Shown here: positions 1 to 12,003 of the stretch, one piece after another
How positions within the stretch are numbered: the stretch's first letter is position 1
How the letters are laid out: the number at the start of each line of letters is the position of its first letter
From: Lenisia limosa
Lineage: Eukaryota; Protista; Breviatea
DNA: 41,796 bases
Assembly: GCA_001655205.1 (NCBI GenBank)
Contig: LPNZ01008575.1
Location: forward strand, 1-41,796
Direction: 5' to 3'
Notes under the pieces: model-generated
Database searches by the model: none
Seen by the model: the letters and a program-made list of their open reading frames with translations, nothing else
What the model was told of the DNA's origin: nothing
Made by a program: the position numbers and the translations under genes

Positions 1-205
1 GGGGGGGGGGGGGGATAACATTCAAGAAACAGTAAAAGAGTAAAATTTCGAAATATATATTATATAATATTATATAGTATATAGATATATATATACATAT
101 ACAAAACGGGCATCTATTAAGAACCGAAGACTATTGGTCGAAGTATTGCATAATACTAAATCAGCCGCACCTGGGGGTTGCCTCCAGTCCTGGCTCAAAG
201 AAGAT

Positions 206-2090
206 CTGAAATCACTCCGACCAAGCGGTTCGGCTCGATAGTCGCTTCGGATGCGAGTTGCGGACTCCAAGGGCGGGGGGTGCAGAGACGGGCCTCGCTC
301 TGAAGATCAGAAAAAGAACGGAACTAACAGAGTACAGGATAAGCTTGAAGATGGTAATAAAAGCTGTTAAATAATTTGGACTTCATATCGTACAAATCCA
401 AAAAATCTGGTCGTTTTTAGACTGAACCAGAGTCTTAGAGTATCTAATATAACCCATTGTTAACACTCAGTACTCAGTCACAAATTCAACCATATATCAT
501 GTCATTCATGCTTCCTCACCAGTATTATCTCTGAAAGAGGAAGGGGAAGACAACCTTGTTCCTATTTGTGTGGACAAGAGAGGCGCAGACTCTCTCGAGG
601 ATCGAAGCGGTCTAAAAGGTGTCACTCTTCTTGTCTTTATCAGCCTATGGATATTTGGATAAACCAGAAAAATAGCTAAATATTAGTATAAGTGATCTCC
701 AGTTTTGTACCAAACAAAATATCCAAAACAACGTATAGTACAATGTAAATATGAACATGTACAATATGTCGATATATATCAAACATATATATCTTAATAA
801 TACTATTATATAGTGACTCTTGACCGATTTTCCAAAACATACAGCAAATCGGTCAAGACTTATCCTGGTCACTGTGAGTTGAAATATATTTTGTACCAAA
901 AGGTTATTATCATTTTTCCCAATGGAATATAAAAATCCCTGCCAACCCATAATCTCTTGAGATGGGATCTCTGAATTGACTTTGTCGCAATGGCTGATCA
1001 CTGTATCGCCTGAAGTGAGTTTAAGCAAAGGAGTTATACGTGAATACTGCAGTAAAGTCTCTATTAAAACTAGGATCATAGAGATCTCTATGATCCCAGT
1101 TTGACACAATGCATTCTGTGTAACCGTATCCATATTTGCCTTAATAACAGTAAGACTTAAATACGTATGACCAAGATCCACACAAAACTGTCAAGACCCC
1201 AAAACGCACCCAAGAGGCGCCCCGGGTGCTGGTCGTGAAGACACTGTCCTCAACGACGTCAAGTCACTGGCCTGGGAGGGGTGAAAATGGAAAATTATTT
1301 TCACATACTCTTTGCACCTACATGTATGTAAACGGTTTTATCAAGCATTTTGTTGCCCCACCTATGTAAACGGTTTTATCAAGCATTTTGTTGCCCCACC
1401 AAACATTTTGTTGCCCCACCTATGGAAACGGTTTTATGCATTTTGTTGCCCCACCTATATAAACGGTTTTATCAAGCATTTTGTTGCCCCACCAGTATGT
1501 AAACGGTTTTATCAAGCATTTTGTTACCCCACCAGTATGTTTAACGGTTTTATCAAGCATTTTTTTTGTTTTTTTCCCATTACTCCAAAAGCCAACAAAA
1601 TTGGTATGGGGAGGGGTTGAAAAACAAAATTTACTGATAAACCTTTTACGGGACAAAGAGTAATTATGTGTGAGATAAGGCAATTTTGTGCTTGATAACG
1701 GTTTGGTGAAAGAGCATTTTTCAGATGCCATAGGTGGACGTATTTCGTAGCAAGACTCAAATAAGTGAATATTCGGTCATGTTTGCAAAGCTCCTTGGTC
1801 ACAGCACCACTTACAGGAGGGTGGAGAGGTCGGTACTGTCCCCGATCCTGTGGATGAGTTAGAAGCAACTCTGAAAAACAAAAACAAAAAAACACCAGAT
1901 ACTGTTTGGGTAGCTTTTAGAAATCCTCTTTTTCTCGGAAAAATCCAATTGTTGCAACAAATAACAATGGATCCAAGTTTGTGAATCGCGCGCCCTGTCA
2001 ATAATCTTTCCGGTAACCCTCCCACTGGATAGTTTGCTGGAAGCGCAGACCCAAGGGTTGAGGTTGAGAAGAGTGGGGGCCTTGAGGGGT
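206..2090 (-). CDS. Unidentified multi-exon Pro/Ser/Arg-rich protein (5' end unresolved, possibly near 2740)
   Basis: Phase-consistent GT-AG exon chain: ELLLTHPQDRGQYRPLHPP (~1870-1815), ASDLTSLRTVSSRPAPGAPLG (~1275-1213), PLRSSRESAPLLSTQIGTR (~621-565), ARPVSAPPALGVRNSHPKRLSSRTAWSE (~299-206). Strong pyrimidine-rich acceptor at ~300-325. No family recognised; the gene could continue off the left edge in another frame. Confidence 0.35.
811..874. mobile_element. MITE family A (Tc1/mariner-like), copy 1, with a deletion in one TIR
   Basis: Right end ggtcaagacttatcctggtcactg is the reverse complement of the CAGTGACCGGGATAAGTCTTGACC terminus at 14330 and 36302 (one mismatch). Internal perfect stem tcttgaccgattt/aaatcggtcaaga. 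TA on the left flank. Confidence 0.7.
1323..1565. repeat. Minisatellite, ~38-bp unit (tatgtaaacggttttatcaagcattttgttgccccacc), about 5 imperfect copies
   Basis: Direct tandem repetition is visible. It lies in a probable intron and explains the repetitive ORFs at 1312-1731. Confidence 0.9.
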
Positions 2091-2861
2091 TCTGAAAGCG
2101 TTACTTCATAAGGGTGTTGACAAATTAACAAGGCTATATACACAGAGAAACGAAGAAGAGGCTTGCTTAGACCGTCAATCGTTAAAGGACATACCATTGT
2201 ATGGGTCTATCCGACAAAATTTACTCATTTTGAATGTTTATACGTATTGTTTCCCATCTTGAAGGTTGTTCTCAAGTTTGCTGTGTAACTGAAACAAACC
2301 AAACATAATGATCGTTTGATCCAACTCTTTTGTCTGTGTGAATGAATATATTTGGTGATAATATTGCAATATTGCAGGTAATAGGCTGGGTATAGGTATA
2401 TTGCTGGTTTATTTCAAATCTCCACTGTTTTGAGGTTTTGAGTTTACCTCGCGCATTCCTCCTCAAATCTTAAGTACTGAAACACTGCATCACAGTTTAA
2501 ATCTGCGTAAAGGTTAGCAATAATAATATGACTTTCCTTTTGGCGATTATCCTTCACCATTGATAATCCTTCCTAGCCTTTACACTCAGTTTACACTCCT
2601 TTCATTCAATTTGAGTTCGACAATATCGCTTTCAAAAGTTTAGATTGTTACCTTGTTATCAAGCTTCTGATGATTTTAGCAGAATGGTTGGCGTGAAAGT
2701 ACCGCCACCACTCTACGATAACCTTGAAGAGGAGCTTCCAACATATGATGATGTTTGCTAGCAAATGGCTCTTTTCATTGAGATGTGTTGGAACAAAAAA
2801 GCATATATACCGCATACTCAATTCAGCTCTTGTTATTGGTGACTGTTTGTACGCTGGAGTG

Positions 2862-5800
2862 ATGGGATGCGGTGCTGCAGAAGCGACNNNNNNNNNNNNN
2901 NNNNNNNNNNNNNNNNNNNNNNNNNNNNNNNNNNNNNGGCGACGTAACACAGTGTAGTTAATTTTGAATCTAAGAACTCATTCTTTAGGTTGACGCCCGG
3001 CCAGGATGCTGCGCCTCATTTACCCGCGACCCTGGTGCCGTTTCGCTTTTCTTTACCCTCTGTGAGTTGATTTATAGCTACTTTTTGATATTAAACATAA
3101 GTGAAATTTTGCTTTTAACTCCCACAATTACTGGTAATTAAGAACATATACACAGAGTACAAGGTGTAATGGATTTTTGAAGCTGTGGTTATTTCTTCTT
3201 TACTTTTCAGTGACAATTTTGGTGTTCGTGGACTTTTTCATCTTCGGTTTCGCCCAGTTGAATATTTACTTCCTTGTTGGCGCTTTTGTCATGTAAGTGG
3301 CGGTACATGTAGGGCTTACCTGCGGTCCAAATAATACCGTCAAAATATCGTTATTTATCGAGAATTTTTCGAGCAATTCAGTCTTTTGGGACCGTGGGGA
3401 AGCCCTTGGTATATGTGTTGGGGAGTTGCTAAAACACACTCCATCAACAACATCAATACTGTCATCACCTCCAAGTAGGATGTTTACTGACGTTTAGGTA
3501 TCTTCTCTCCATGTTTATGACAAATGTTTGGCAGTTTCTTGGCTCCGATAATGTAGGTACAATAGATTATGCCTTCTCACGTTATCATTATTATAATTTT
3601 GAAATCAATGGTATTACTTGATTTTATTGCGGCATTAAGTTCAAATCTGCTTTTTATTTACTCTAGGACTCAACCCATGCTGCAGAGCATCATCGCACAA
3701 TGATGGAACAAAGGCCGTGTATATCTGTATGCTGATTTCTCTTCGAACTTGAGTCAAATACCACCATTCTTCTCTTATTTGATACGATTTGTCTGGAAAT
3801 TGATCGTATAAGGTGTTTATGTTAATCAATATTAATATTGAGAGCCACGCAAATCATGATTTTTCAGATTCAAGGTGAGTGCTACCATATGGTCACAAAG
3901 TATCGAAATGTACAAAGGAATGGCCGCACTGTTCGCGAGTCCTATCAAGAGGTATGCAACGACAGATAGCTATGCTGTGTGAGGAGGGGTAGAGAAGAGT
4001 GTCTCTTCTTGATCTTAAGTGTCTCCTGGGAGTATGAGTCCATTTTCATAACAATTTGTTCCTTACGATTCAGAAAAAAGTCACCTATCGCCACACGGAC
4101 ACTTTTACTGACTTCCAAACTATTGACAAGTGGGTGGATTTGCCATCTGATACATTACGATCACGTACAATGAGTTTTTTTTTTGTTTTTCATAATGGCA
4201 AAATTGTTGAGAAATTGTTGAGTGCCATTATGTTGAATCTCTTCTTTTTGGTCACAAATTCTTGTTTATCCGAGTAGGTCAGATTCGATACCGCATTTGG
4301 ACAACAAAGTCACAAGAATCAAATATCTGTTGGAAAAAGTAATTTTACTAATGACAACGACAATGACTCATTTTCTACATTCATCACTGTTTTTCCAAAT
4401 AGGACTACTTTGCAAAATAGAGTTCACTCATATCCATATATATGTAGTATCTATATACTGTAATATGTATACCCCAACCCTCCAGTTTGTATCTAATTAA
4501 TATCTTGATTTATTATGTGCTAATATTTGTTTTTAGACAATTTACCTCCTCCCAGTTTGGACATAAAGCCTTACGATATTCCGAGCCAAGAGGCTGTGCA
4601 TAATTTTTCGTGCCGGGTTGACTCGAAAAACAGACATCGGGATCGAAGCTATAACATCTGGATGGTGTGCTGGGAAAATGGGGGTGATGACTACATGTAT
4701 TACATGTATATTTTCAGAAATTGTAGTTTCCTACCAATCGATTAAATTTGTGATCGATTTTTACTAAGACCATTCCATGACTATCACATGATAGAACACC
4801 ACTCTCAGTGGTTTCCAAGACAAGGTTCTGCACGTAGGAGAGAGCGGCAAACCGTGGTGGATGTCCAGGCCAGTGTTGGAGGAGAGAATCGCATCTTCCT
4901 GGAAATAACGTGTCAGATATTGGAGGCTTGTTGACCTATGTATATGCATATGAACAGCTATTTACCAATGTATTTACTCGTGTTAGGTTCGTGCTTTTCG
5001 CGTTGTTCTTCCTTGCATGGCCTTATACTGTATTGTAAGTTGGGCTGTTTGGCTGCACAGCCGAAAGAGCTCTTTTATCTGCTTTTCGGTTGCTGNNNNN
5101 NNNNNNNNNNNNNNNNNNNNNNNNNNNNNNNNNNNNNNNNNNNNNNNNNCATCCGCCACTCTAGATTTAATATTTCGACTGGCAAAATTAAGCTTCATGT
5201 CATCAAGCTGTACAAGGTTCCCCAGGTGAGGGTAGTGTTTAATATTATTACAATGGAGAATGGTGTGAGGATATTTTCATTGAGTAGGTAAACCAACAGC
5301 ATAAACAGCATGATCCTAAAGCTACGGGGTATCCGCAACCCAGTTACCAGAGCTATCAGAATGGTATGTGATTTCTTTTGATTTTTGAAATCGATTTTCC
5401 TCAACTAACCGCGTAAAACAACCTCTTTTTTACCGAACTCAGGAAAACCAACTCCACCAGGTGCTCCTGAATATGGTCACAATGGTGGGGGGTACTGCTT
5501 TTTAAACTCTCATTTCAGCGTTTTTTTACAATTTCAAGTTGGATGCCTTGCCAATATTCCACCCTTTTCTGTAGTATTTTGATAGCTAGTTTGCTTCTCA
5601 TTTTCAATTAGAGTTGACTCTGTACACTAGAGAAACAATCGGTTGCGGTTTTTCCATTCACCCCCTCCTCAGACTATGACAAGAACTCATTAGATTCCCC
5701 AGTACCAGCGTATAACCCGAACCTCTCCCCGGGACCTGCCCCTTCCGCTCCTTCAAAAATGGACGGTAGGACCGCAAGTACGATTTCATGGGAAAAGATG

Positions 5801-5930
5801 TTTTCAATGCCATATACTTTGTTATTTATGATATAGTGATGCAGTAATGAAAGATGGGCCGTTATTAACATGTTCAGAAGAACTACCAACGTTCGACCAA
5901 GTGGCCAACGAATCTAAACAAGGATTGTGA
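2862..5930 (+). CDS. TMEM151: TMEM151-family membrane protein (multi-exon)
   Basis: Spliced translation has N-terminal TM segments, then HRTMMEQRPCIS-IQGECYHMVTKYRNVQRNGRTVRESYQEKKVTYRHTDTFTDFQTIDKSDSIPHLDNKVTRIKY...NRHRD...GFQDKVL...PWWMSRP...FALFFLAWPY...KLHVIKLY. This parallels the TMEM151 core as I recall it (PCIWWKAISYHY..TRYRNG..TQVYHERVNTH..TRLRF..PWY..LSWP..VEKLF). A Pro/Tyr-rich tail ends ELPTFDQVANESKQGL* at 5930. Start codon is uncertain (N gap 2888-2937). Confidence 0.7.
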
Positions 5931-6550
5931 ACTGCTGCAGAGTTTATCAAATAGTAATATGAAACTGAATGATTGTTAACATTTCCCATTTCAAAAACCC
6001 CAAGCTGATATCAAGTAGTGTTCCTATATTAATACACACATACATACATAATATATACGCACCAAATACACACGGACAGAGTCTCTAGTCCACTCGACCC
6101 TCTACCAAATCTGCCGAAAAATAATCCGTCTCGTTGAGCAGTCGTAGAGAAGACTGGACCATTTGGAAGGCCCGTCGGTGAAGGGACGAAGGGACGGTGT
6201 GATTCGGGTTGGCATTGCAAGGCGGGGCAGTAGTTGGCTTTGGGGAAACCGGTAAACTGGTTAAGCCGGCCGGTTTGTGACTTTGTCACTGGTGCATATT
6301 TATTGTGGTACACAACTGGTACACAAGGACACCATGACACTGTGATAATCTATCTTGGGTTTGGTGGCGCTGTTCGCGTTGTTCGCTGTTAAACGGTTAA
6401 ACCTGAAGAAAGAGTGGACGATCAAGAGATCGTTTTTTCGCATTCTCAAAAAGACAATTTTTTCAGTCGCCCTTCAGGTTGTTTCTGCCTTTTCCTTGTG
6501 ACTCTTTGTTCCTGCTTTTATAAAATCAAAGTGTTAGCCTCGTGTTAACT

Positions 6551-9500
6551 ATGGAAAATCCTCCTGCTGAAGCGGAGGATGCAGCTCAAATTGGTAAGAC
6601 AGAAATGGAAAATGACTTCACTAGACATTGTTGTTGATGACAATCGCCTCAGAGAACGGGATATTGTAGGTGGGAGAGACTTGATATCATGATTATGTAT
6701 TATTTGTTTTCCCCGAAAGAAATGAACCCAATATCGACTGTTAATTTCACCACGCCCGTGTTGGCTGTAAACCCTTCTTGCTGTATTACATCATGTAAAT
6801 AAGTGTGAAACTAACATATTTATTTCAATATTTTTTATTTTGTTGATATTTTGGTTTATTACAAATAGAAACGCTTGTTCGATCTTGCAGCTGGAATTGA
6901 AGGTTTGTTTATAATCCAATATCTTTTGTGTGGACGGCTTCAGCTAGATAACTTGTTATTTCTCATTTCTATGTATTACCCTCGCATTTAGCAATGCACT
7001 ACATAACATCCGATTGTGTTTGATATCCTTTTGTAGCTTTGACAAAAATAATAAGTAAAGCAAATTATTAACGGATGATTGTTAACTACTACAGGTCCTC
7101 ATGAAAGCATGCTTCGTTTGGTGGAACTCTTTGAATTGTGGGATATCAATGACGTTCAAGACATAAGAAACGACCAGGTAAGCTGCTATTCCTTAAGAGC
7201 CAAGACCAATTAACTATTTGTTGTCCTACAGTTTTGTCAATGTAGGACAACATGTCTACAAACTATATCTATTACCAACTGAATATCATCATATAATACA
7301 CCTGAAGAAGATTATTTCAACATTATTCTCATTATTAGGGTGAGACGCTTCTACAAGTAGCATTCTTCAACGGACAGGAGGAGACCGCCCGAATGCTGAT
7401 ACGTCGGTTTTATGCGGAGTTGTCAATTATCATCGAGGTTGGACTGGTAATGAGGTCCAAAAGGAGTGAACAATGTACACACTGTGCAGTAATTGTGGGT
7501 AGTTTATTGGGAGAGAGAATAGATTATCTATGAAAGTGGCGGATAATTATTAGCATCTTTTAACTTACGTAGGAGAACTTCTTTGATGGGAGACGTGAAA
7601 CTGAAGTCTTGAACTTTGTGTACATGAAGCAATTGCTACATAATGAGCTTTCTGAGAATGACCGAAACGTCATGCAACGAGTTTGTCAGGACTATCAGCG
7701 TCCTCTTTGTCGAGGTAAGCAAAGTTGATTTGAGGGGGTCAGTCATCATAACCAAAGCAGTAATGGTCACATTTACACATGGATAGGATATGAATTATTC
7801 TCTTTAAATTGTGAATTTTGGCATAGGATATCCATTTACGATGTGTAATACTGTGTAGTTATTGTCCGAAAAGAAACGGAAAATGGTTTTGTAGAGATTC
7901 CAATTAGAGACTTGTTTGCTGCAATGAGCATGGACAATACGAACAGTACGTGGGCGGATTGTTAATCAAATAATCTGCATTTCTGAAAGTAATGTTTACA
8001 ATTAAGATGCGGCATTCCACATTATCTGCACTTCCGACAACCCCGAAGCTATTCTCAATCACTCCATCATTTGGAGAAAATACAACGGTGTTTTGGCTTT
8101 CTCCGAGCTGAGAGACATGAATGTCTTTGTCGTCGACATCCACACAGTGTTTGTCGTAACTCCATCAGCAAGCACATTGCTGCAGCCCGTTGCAAACAGA
8201 TTAGGTTATCTTTTGATCAATGAACTTCACCCAGGTGTGACACACATCAACCTGATGCCGCCACATATCCTTAAAGGCGAAAGTAGGCGTTAAACACGGG
8301 GCCTGTTTGAATACTGGAAGTTAAGATGTATACAGGTTTTATTGGCCAACATTTTATATCACGAAACCCATTGTATATGAATGAGCTTTTAATTTCTTCA
8401 GAGCCTGCAATCTCCTTTGATCAGACGTCAGTGTACAAAGTAGTAGTCTTTAAAAGCTGCTATTGGAAAGTCGACGACAGAGGTTTTATTGGAAGTATGG
8501 TTAACAAGCATATTCCTTCAATGAATCTTTTCTTGATGTCACGCGATATATTAATTTCAGGGTCATTTCTTTCTTTAACACATCAGTGAACCACTTGAAG
8601 GCTCTGGATGTCAGATTTGCAGGCCTCAGATTACCACCTTTGTTGAACGCTAGCTTAAAACTTGAACGGCTTGATCTGAGTGGTTTGTTACTGAATTGAG
8701 AAACTACCGAATTGATAGTACCTGGGTCTTTCTCATTCCCTAAATATTCCTGAGTGGCTTCTCAAGAAAGATAACAGTCTGTAGGCAACCATCTTGGATC
8801 CCTTGGTGCTGATCTGGTTGAAACAGTGAAACGTTTTTCCCAACTCACGTTGTCAGTGGCGACAGATGTAGGAACAAGCTCCATCTTACAACACTTTAAT
8901 ATTTTCGGAAATCTTACCTTATATTTCAAACTTTTATAAGTTTTTGGGGGATACAATTTTTGGTAACCGTCAGGCTCTGGTCACGCTTGGTGATGGTCAG
9001 TACTACAACACGAACCTCAATCGTCATCTCTTTGGAAGCAGTGTCCATGTGGGCCTCAGGCTATTGTATATCATATATGTAATCACATGTCAATTTGAAA
9101 CTAACAACCTCTGACTATGGTTAGATTCTGATTGTCAATTCTACATCTCATGGTGATATCTTTAACCAACCCCTTGTTTTAGACTTTCGTAAACATTAGA
9201 GAATATTTTGGTCATTTTTGGCCATTTATAAAAAAAAAATTAAATCGCATATCACAAGAGTGAAGTTGAATATGGGATGTTATGAACCGATGACGATTCC
9301 TACCATTGGAACTTTCTTAAATGGCCGTGTTATCATCCCAATACTAACACTATAGACAACAAAGGCCTTGCGGAAAATCTTCTTCGGTTTCATGGAGCCT
9401 TTTCTGTTTTGCCTCCAAATGTTGCTCTTCCTCCAGAGCTATATCATTTTTGCTCTGACAAGGTGTGAAGATTTATTATTTAAACTACCTTAACAGTAAT

Positions 9501-11568
9501 CTTATACCCAATCATATTATGATATGCAATTTCCTTAAACCACGAGTAGCTTGTACCTCGAATCTGCGACAACATCTAGAACGTGGAAAGATGACATCTC
9601 TCCCCTGGCATCGGCTATTTGCCGTGGGTTGGGCTTGGCTATTTGTGTGATTGTGAGATACTATGAGATATTGTGAGATTCTGTGAGATATTGTATGAGA
9701 TATTGTTAGATTTTGTGGGATTTTGTGAGATTTTGTGAGATATTGTATTATGACACTAGTCCACATGTTTTGATATTATTATTCCTAATTCACCAGCTGT
9801 GTTGCTGCTCTACATGGCCACTCCTGATAGTCGTGCATGGCTTCGTCTCGTTCCTTTTGGGGTGATGATCTTCACCATGTCCATATTTGCCCGGCATATT
9901 GGGCATGGCTACCTGAGCTCGGCTGTGGACGTCTTCGGCACAGCATTTCTGTTCTGCATTGTAGTATTGGCGGTGGTGACGTTTTCACTTTGGAAACAGG
10001 TGCAAGGGTTATTAATTGTTACAAATCATATGATATAATACGAGCGAAAGCAGACTCAATTCTTTAGTTTCCGCAACTAACAATAACAGAACGTGGATAC
10101 ATTCCGTGGGAAGAGACTACATATCACCTCTTGGCTTCAGTTCTACGCTCTCATGGCGCATGTGACAAACTTCATCATGCTGTCGTCACATGAGTCGCAT
10201 TTCGTGTACAACAGCATTGCCTTTGTTACAAATTTGAGTGTCGGGGTGTTCAACTACTGGTTCTCCTTCATGCAAAAGGGAGAGGTTGGGGGGACTGCTT
10301 CATATTTAAATCATTTCCAGGACAAGCCAGTCAGTCTCAATTATTTTCTATTAAATTATTTGTGGATTTTGAACATTCTCAATAACATTCCAATCATCTC
10401 AAACATTTGTATTTTTAAAGTTTCACAACCCCAGTTGCCCACAAGGACCACGATGAAGGTAAACTGAGCCACAAAGCAACGCTGTTTGGGTGAAACAATT
10501 TGTGTAGAATTAAGAAATTAACTTCAGAAATACAAAGATATCAGAGTAAAGAATGTTTTTGAAGCCTTGAGACAAAATGACATTTTCAGGTCCTATCAAA
10601 GACTCGCTTGGCTGCACAGGTAGGATGCCCTCATTACCCAAGGTTTAGTTTGTGAAATTTTGATGATAAGATGTAATTATTTTGGAATCTGTTTGTCATT
10701 ATCATTTGTGATACCCAATTTGTCATAGTCCAAAGTACCAAAATTCTCATTCTGAAGGTGGCTGGAGTGGTTCTCTTTGAGAGAGTCATCTATTATACGC
10801 TATACGTGTGGGACATTCTGCCACCCCTCACTGGATGCTTTACCCCTGATGGTATGTATATTTCATATGGTATTGCTAAATGCGAGGGTAATACTACATA
10901 GAAATAAAGGTTTTATCTGGCTGACATCAAAGTGTTAGCCATATCATACATATTATTATCCCTTTACAGTTCAGGTGATTGCTCTGGAGTTGGTGAAGCA
11001 AGATCTCGTATGTTTTGACAGAATTAAATAATATAAAAAAACAACTGGTTTCTAGAGTACCAGAACAATATTGCAATGTTCACCACCTGATAACATGGTA
11101 GAGAATGGGAACTTTGCCCACACGCTTCTCTTGTGTACCGCTCTACTATTCCTGCAGGTCTTCGTACTTGAGGCAACAGCTTTGACGTAGGTAATATGTG
11201 TAATACATGAAACAAACACTAAGAATAGGTTCAGAAAATGTTCAACAAAGATTAATTCTGGTAAAAAAAACAATGTAGTTTCATGAATATTTTGATGTTT
11301 TGTTTTGATTTCATAGAACCAAGAAGAAATTGGCGAAATGGATAATGTTGTCAATGCTGGCAATGTCAAGCATTTTGGCCATATCACTGAATGTGGTGGC
11401 TTCAATTCAAGTGAGCTTGGTTGTCTACTCATGTATTCAAATCTCGTTAACTAAATAGGAGATTCACGATGACTCTTACAGTCATCTTCAGAAGTCAGTA
11501 CAGGTATGGATGGGATGAAACCAACCAATGCACTGACCGCGATAAGTTCTGACGAATGTTGTTGTTGA
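6551..11568 (+). CDS. Ankyrin + leucine-rich repeat + multi-pass transmembrane protein (about 20 exons; 3' end uncertain, 11570-11760)
   Basis: MENPPAEAEDAAQI start. Ankyrin motif GETLLQVAFFNGQEETARMLI (~7339-7434). LRR motifs LKALDVRFAGL and LKLERLDLSG/NHLGSLG across the 8682-8779 intron. About 7-9 hydrophobic segments follow (~9348-11420), e.g. FGVMIFTMSIFA, AFLFCIVVLAVVTFSLW, WIMLSMLAMSSILAISLNVVA. Confidence 0.7.
9650..9746. repeat. Short-period (~10 nt) tgagatattg/tgagattttg intronic repeat
   Basis: Visible tandem decamers within an intron. Confidence 0.75.
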
Positions 11569-12003
11569 TAAACGCATTTTCAGAAATTTTTCATCATTTG
11601 TATGTTGTATCTTCATATAATTGACACAATAGGTCGGATTCACTGCCCTAATAGTGTGCCACATTCTGATCGGCTTCGGATTCATCTACAATCAGCTCCA
11701 GAATACGCCATCGTTCTGTTTGCTGAGATGTGGTCATTTTGAAAAGAAAAAAAAAGCATGAATGCGTCTATTTTGGCTTGAATTGACTGACTCTCCAGTA
11801 AACACAGCCAGCAGATACCAGTTCCCTCCGTCTCCTCTGAATTTGCAGTTTGTGGTAACTCCTAACTAAATGTACAATATATATTATTAGAAGCAAGTTG
11901 TTGGATTTAAACAAGTGTCACAAAAAGCAGTTCGCTATCACATGTACATTGGTCAAATACAAAGGTTACCCAACCACATCACACAAGACACCCCTTTCCA
12001 TCT

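Noticed and set aside
1-15. Poly-G at the window start read as a telomere or pure sequencing artefact
   Set aside because: It is not a telomeric repeat. Similar G-runs elsewhere map to splice acceptors, but this one cannot be resolved at the window edge.
645-1181. 178-aa minus-strand ORF
   Set aside because: AT-rich, low-complexity, contains a MITE and has no recognisable motif; it lies in a probable intron.
1312-1731. Repetitive ORFs, and a possible CRISPR-like array
   Set aside because: The units are directly tandem with no unique spacers, there are no cas genes, and the context is a eukaryotic intron.
8290-8305. acacggggc, resembling the RNase MRP 3' motif
   Set aside because: No matching 5' P4 motif, and the region is within a protein-coding gene.
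6551-11568. Calling the ANK+TM gene a TRP channel
   Set aside because: No TRP box or recognisable S5-pore-S6 region, and LRRs intervene.
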